Origin: Macrostomum hystrix | Taxonomy: Eukaryota > Animalia > Platyhelminthes | Reading direction: 5' to 3' | Assembly: GCA_950097015.1 (NCBI GenBank) | Contig: CATNEN010000026.1 | Span: 1,426,001 to 1,490,000 of the forward strand | Length of the DNA stretch: 64,000 bases | Shown here: one piece after another, positions 59,488 to 64,000 of the stretch | How the letters are laid out: each line of letters opens with the position of its first letter | How positions within the stretch are numbered: the first letter of the stretch is position 1 | Translations under genes and position numbers: made by a program | The notes under the pieces: generated by a model | What the model was told of the DNA's origin: nothing | What the model saw: only the letters and a program-made list of their open reading frames with translations | Database searches by the model: none

Positions 59488-60140
59488 CAGATCACAGATC
59501 CTCATCGAATCAGATCCTCATCGAATCAGATCCTCATCGAATCAGATCCTCATCGATTCAGATCCTCATCGAATCAGATCCTCATCGAATCAGATCCTCA
59601 TCGACTCAGATCCTTATTGACTCAGATCGTAATCGAATCAGATCCTCATCGAATCAGATCCTCATCGATTCAGATCCTCATCGATTCAGATCCTCATCGA
59701 TTCAGATCCTCATCGATTCAGATCCTCATCGACACAGATCCTCATCGAATCAGATCCTCATCGATTCAGATCCTCATCGATTCAGATCCTCATCGATTCA
59801 GATCCTCATCGACACAGATCCTCATCGAATCAGATCCTTATTGACTCATATCCTCATTGACACAGATCCTCATTGACACAGATCCTCATCGACTCAGATT
59901 CAACGACACAGATCCTCATCGATTCAGGTCCTAATCGACACAGATCCTCATCGACAACCTCCACGACACAGATCCCCATCGACACAGATCCCCATTGGCA
60001 AAGATCCTCATCGACGCTGATCCCCATCGACACAAATCCTCATCGAATCAGATCCTCATTGACTCAGATCCCCATTGGCACAGATCCTCATCGACTCAGA
60101 TTCTCATCCAAATAGATCATCGACTGAGATGAGATCCCAT
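59488..60140. repeat. 16-bp minisatellite CAGATCCTCATCGAWT
   Basis: Directly upstream of the MGAT1-like gene. Confidence 0.93.
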
Positions 60141-60219
60141 CGAAAAATCCAAACTCTAAACATTCGTAGTGTCACAGCTCCTTCAAATCCTTCTTGAAGG
60201 TTGTTTTGCCATCGACAGC

Positions 60220-62008
60220 ATGTTGAGCTGGCCAGTGAAGTCTTTGACAGCGTCAGGGCAGGTGCTGCACTGTCTGTGCCGCCGGAGTCTAAGAAGCGCA
60301 TCGCGCCCCGCCTGCTTTAGCCTCCTATTGCTGACTGTGCCACCGCTGCTGATGGGACTGCTGAGCCAATGGCGACAGCCTCCTCCTGCACACCTGCTCG
60401 TTGGTCACAGCAACAGGACTGGCAATGCCGCCGCTGTTGCAGTGCCAGAAGAATCGGCAACTGCGGTGCTGATCATGGCCGCCAGCCGACCGGAAGTGCA
60501 GCTGGTGGCTCGTCAGGCGCTGGCCTACCGGCCCAACGCGGCCGAATTTCCAGTGATCGTCTCGCAGGACTCCGACGACGCTATGACATCAGCGGCGCTG
60601 GCGCCACTAGCTGCGGCCGGCGACATCGAATGGCACCGGCACCTGCGGGCCGAAGACGACGCCATGCTGCCACCGGTACCCGACCGGGTGTCGCAGATCA
60701 CCCGGCATTATCGACGCGCGCTTGACTACGCGCTGCTGGTGCGTCGCTTCCGACGGGTCATTGTGCTGGAGGACGACCTGCTGTTGGCTGCGGACTTCTT
60801 TCAGTATTTTCAGGTGCGACCTTTTGATAATCGAGGTAAATGTTTAGTACACAGACATCTGCATGGGTTTAGGGTTGTGGGTTCCAGGACCCCAAGTCAG
60901 GGCTTAACCCAAACCTCATCGGAAACCAACCCAAAACGGAAACCAAAACACAACTGAACCCAAACCTCACCGGAAACCAACCCAAAACGGAAACCAAAAC
61001 ACAACGGAACCCAAACCTTAATGGAAACCAAACCACAGTGGAAACAAAGCCACACCGTAGAACCCAAACCGCACCCGGCAGTCGCTGGCGCCCGTCCTCG
61101 ATCGCGATCCCAGCGTCTTCTGCGTCTCCGCCTGGCACGACAACGCCATGCTCGGCTTTGTGGACGTCGGACGCCGGGGAGCCGCCGCCGTTCATCGGAC
61201 GGACTTCTTCCCGGGCCTCGGCTGGATGATGCGACGCGAGGCTTGGCCGGCGGCGAGGGCCAGCTGGCCGGACCGCGAGTTCGACAGCTACCTGCGCCGC
61301 TACATGCTGAGAGCGGGCCTGGTCTGCCTGCGCCCGGAGGTGCCCAGGGTGTTCAACACCGGCCAGAGCGGAGGCAACCTGATGCCGGGCTGGTGAGCTG
61401 GACCTGGATCAGCCTGAATCCATCCCGAATCTCTGAATCCGAAATCATCCCGAATCTCTGAATCCAGCAACACTGGCGCATCCCAAATCTAGCCTACCTT
61501 GAACCACAGGTACGGCCGCACCTTCCATCGCCGATTCCTGAGTCGCATGGCGTTCAACCTGCTGCCCGACATCCGCATTCCGCAGACCGTTATCCGACGA
61601 CTCGGTCGGGGCCCGTCGGCCGACGCCGAGTTTGTCAAACGAGTCTCCCGCCTGCCGAGAATCTCTCGCCGTCGTCTGCTCCGTCTGGCCGTCTTGAGAG
61701 TGAGAGCTGCTGGTAGCGATGCCGACACAGATGCGGATGATCTGGCACCGTCCGATGTGCAGTTCGTCTACCGCACCGCGCAGGAGTTCACTGGCATCGC
61801 CCTGCGACTGGGCATCATCCCGGACTTCTGGTACGGCCGGCCACGCTGCTCTCGCCGCGGCATCGTCGGACTGCGGCTGCGGCGAGGCACCGTTCGAGTG
61901 TTCCTGCGACCGGCGACGGAGCCGACCTTCAACCGGCTGGTGCGCATGGATCTCCGGACTCCGCCGCCGCTGTCACCGATGCAAAATTTATTAAGCGAAT
62001 TCAGTTGA
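60220..62008 (+). CDS. MGAT1: GT13 family alpha-1,3-mannosyl-glycoprotein beta-1,2-GlcNAc transferase (GnT-I)-like
   Basis: Exons 60220-60813, 61082-61392, 61510-62008, phase-consistent (about 467 aa). TM anchor, YRPNAAEFPVIVSQD, RHYRRAL, VLEDDL, FCVSAWHDN, RTDFFPGLGWM, CLRPEVPR. Orthologue versus divergent paralog is uncertain. Confidence 0.85.
60900..61075. repeat. AAACC-rich degenerate repeat
   Basis: MGAT1-like intron 1. Confidence 0.75.
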
Positions 62009-62059
62009 ACTTTCAGCCCGACCACTGATAAAAAACATGGCCGGGGGTCAATTGCAGAC

Positions 62060-62330
62060 CGGTCGCCTCTCGCACCAAGATCCCTGAGCTCGATTCCACA
62101 TTAAATTGGGGCACAGCCGCGAAGGGAAGGGCTTGGGGCTTGTCGTAAAATTTGTGCCCTCGAGGGCAAACCAATAAGGCACAATGAGAGTATACACTGC
62201 CTGACGATGAGAAAGTCAGGGCAGATGTACACACCTGTGTGAGTGTGTGCCTGCGTACGGTATCTATGTGCGTGTGTGCCCAGGAGTCAGCGAAATGGGC
62301 AGAATTGCCTCCTCGATTGCTGCGGGTCTA
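62060..62330 (+). mobile_element. SINE family A copy in the MGAT1-like 3' flank
   Basis: CGCCTCTCGCACCAAGATCCCTGAGCTCGATTCC...GGAGTCAGCGAAATGGGCAGAATTGCC. Confidence 0.78.
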
Positions 62331-62344
62331 GGATCACAAACACC

Positions 62345-62862
62345 TATCACCTCAAATTACCCACCACCTCAAATCACCCACCACCTCAAATCACCCACCA
62401 CCTCAAATCACCCACCACCTCAAATCACCCACCACCTCAAATCACCCACCACCTCAAATCACCCACCACCTCAAATCACCCACCACCTCAAATCACCCAC
62501 CACCTCAAATCACCCACCACCTCAAATCACCCACCACCTCAAATCACCCACCACCTCAAATCACCCACCACCTCAAATCACCCACCACCTCAAATCACCC
62601 ACCACCTCAAATCACCCACCACCTCAAATCACCCACCACCTCAAATCACCCACCACCTCAAATCACCCACCACCTCAAATCACCCACCACCTCAAATCAC
62701 CCACCACCTCAAATCACCCACCACCTCAAATCACCCACCACCTCAAATCACCCACCACCTCAAATCACCCACCACCTCAAATCACCCACCACCTCAAATC
62801 ACCCACCACCTCAAATCACCCACCACCTCAAATCACCCACCACCTCAAATCACTCACCACCT
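62345..62862. repeat. Near-perfect 17-bp minisatellite CCACCTCAAATCACCCA
   Basis: About 30 essentially identical copies starting at the SINE 3' end. Confidence 0.96.
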
Positions 62863-63117
62863 GGGAACAACCAATGTTTGGTTTAAGCTGTCTAGTTTTC
62901 ATACTTTTTTCACTTTAATCGAATACAAACGGCTAAGCAGAAGTTTTAAAAAAATATAATAAGCTGATTAAAAGAGTGCAGAATGCAGTTGAACTATAAT
63001 TGAAAAATGCTTTTTTGTTAAAATGTTAAATGTTGAACATAAAGTTAAAGATTTAATATTTTTTCATTTTCTTTTAGTTCAGCACCAATATATTTTGTTA
63101 ATGATCTGATCGTGGTC

Positions 63118-63800
63118 TTCCACCCCTGATCCTTCAGAGCATCCGCCCTTCTCCCCTGATCCTTTAGAGCATCCGCCCTCCTCCCTTGATTCTTCAGAGC
63201 ATCCGCCCTGCACCCCTGATCCTTCAGAGCATCCGCCCTGCACCCCTGATCCTTCAGAGCATCCGCCCTTCACCCCTGATCCTTCAGAGCATCCGCCCTA
63301 CACCCCTGTTCTTCAGAGCATCCGCCCTCCACCCCTGATTCTTCAGAGCATCGGCCTTCCACCCCTGATCCTTCAGAGAATCCGCCCTTCACCCCTGATC
63401 CTTCAGAGCATCCGCCCTACACCCCTGATCCTTCAGAGCATCCGCCCTTCACCCCTGATCCTTCAGAGCATCCGCCCTACACCCCTGTTCTTCAGAGCAT
63501 CCGCCCTCCACCCCTGATTCTTCAGAGCATCGGCCTTCCACCCCTGATCCTTCAGAGAATCCGCCCTTCACCCCTGATCCTTCAGAGCATCCGCCCTACA
63601 CCCCTGTTCTTCAGAGCATCCGCCCTCCACCCCTGATTCTTCAGAGCATCCGCCCTACACCCCTGATCCTTCAGAGCATCCGCCCTCCACCCCTGATTCT
63701 TCAGAGCATCGGCCTTCCACCCCTGATCCTTCAGGACATCGGCCCTCCACACTTGATCCTTCAGGGCATCCGCCCTCCACCTCTGATCCTTTATGGCATT
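63118..63800. repeat. 29-30-bp minisatellite CACCCCTGATCCTTCAGAGCATCCGCCCTY
   Basis: More than 20 tandem copies. Confidence 0.94.
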
Positions 63801-64000
63801 GGCCTTCCAACAAGTACTTTCTTCGATGCGAATTCATAGACCAGTTCTCACAGATTGCTATTGTAGTGCTCCAACTCGTGGGGAACAATGAGCAGATACA
63901 GAACTTCCAGGACCAACGCAACAGCTAGTAGCTTTGGAGAGCATTGTGAGCATTGGCCAAGCTTCCCGAATCCCGTTGTCTGCAGACTATTGACATAGCC

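Noticed and set aside
63848-64000. Possible terminal exon of a minus-strand gene (...LLAVALVLEVLYLLIVPHELEHYNSNL*)
   Set aside because: Only about 50 codons cut by the window edge with no recognisable domain; cannot be supported.

Overview
Eukaryotic animal DNA. GC-rich exons, AT-rich spacers and a different minisatellite in most long introns suggest a free-living flatworm such as Macrostomum lignano; that assignment is an inference. From left to right: the 3' end of a Notch receptor (+); an accessory region at 9-20 kb holding a tandem cluster of five intronless minus-strand secreted-peptide genes (signal peptide, acidic propiece, KK, cationic amphipathic mature peptide; four intact ORFs and one pseudogene) that look like an unrecognised antimicrobial-peptide family; then HSCB, ATP23 and SEPSECS (-), a frameshifted GT7 galactosyltransferase (-), and SELENOT (in-frame Sec UGA), MRPS11 and an MGAT1-like gene (+). 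Mobile DNA includes a young gag-protease-only LTR element with a slippery-site/pseudoknot frameshift signal, two Gypsy remnants, a decayed Tc1, a deleted Helitron, hAT and Merlin-like MITEs, and two tRNA-derived SINE families, one with a CORE-like domain. All exon structures were derived by hand from GT-AG sites and phase consistency; no database searches were run.
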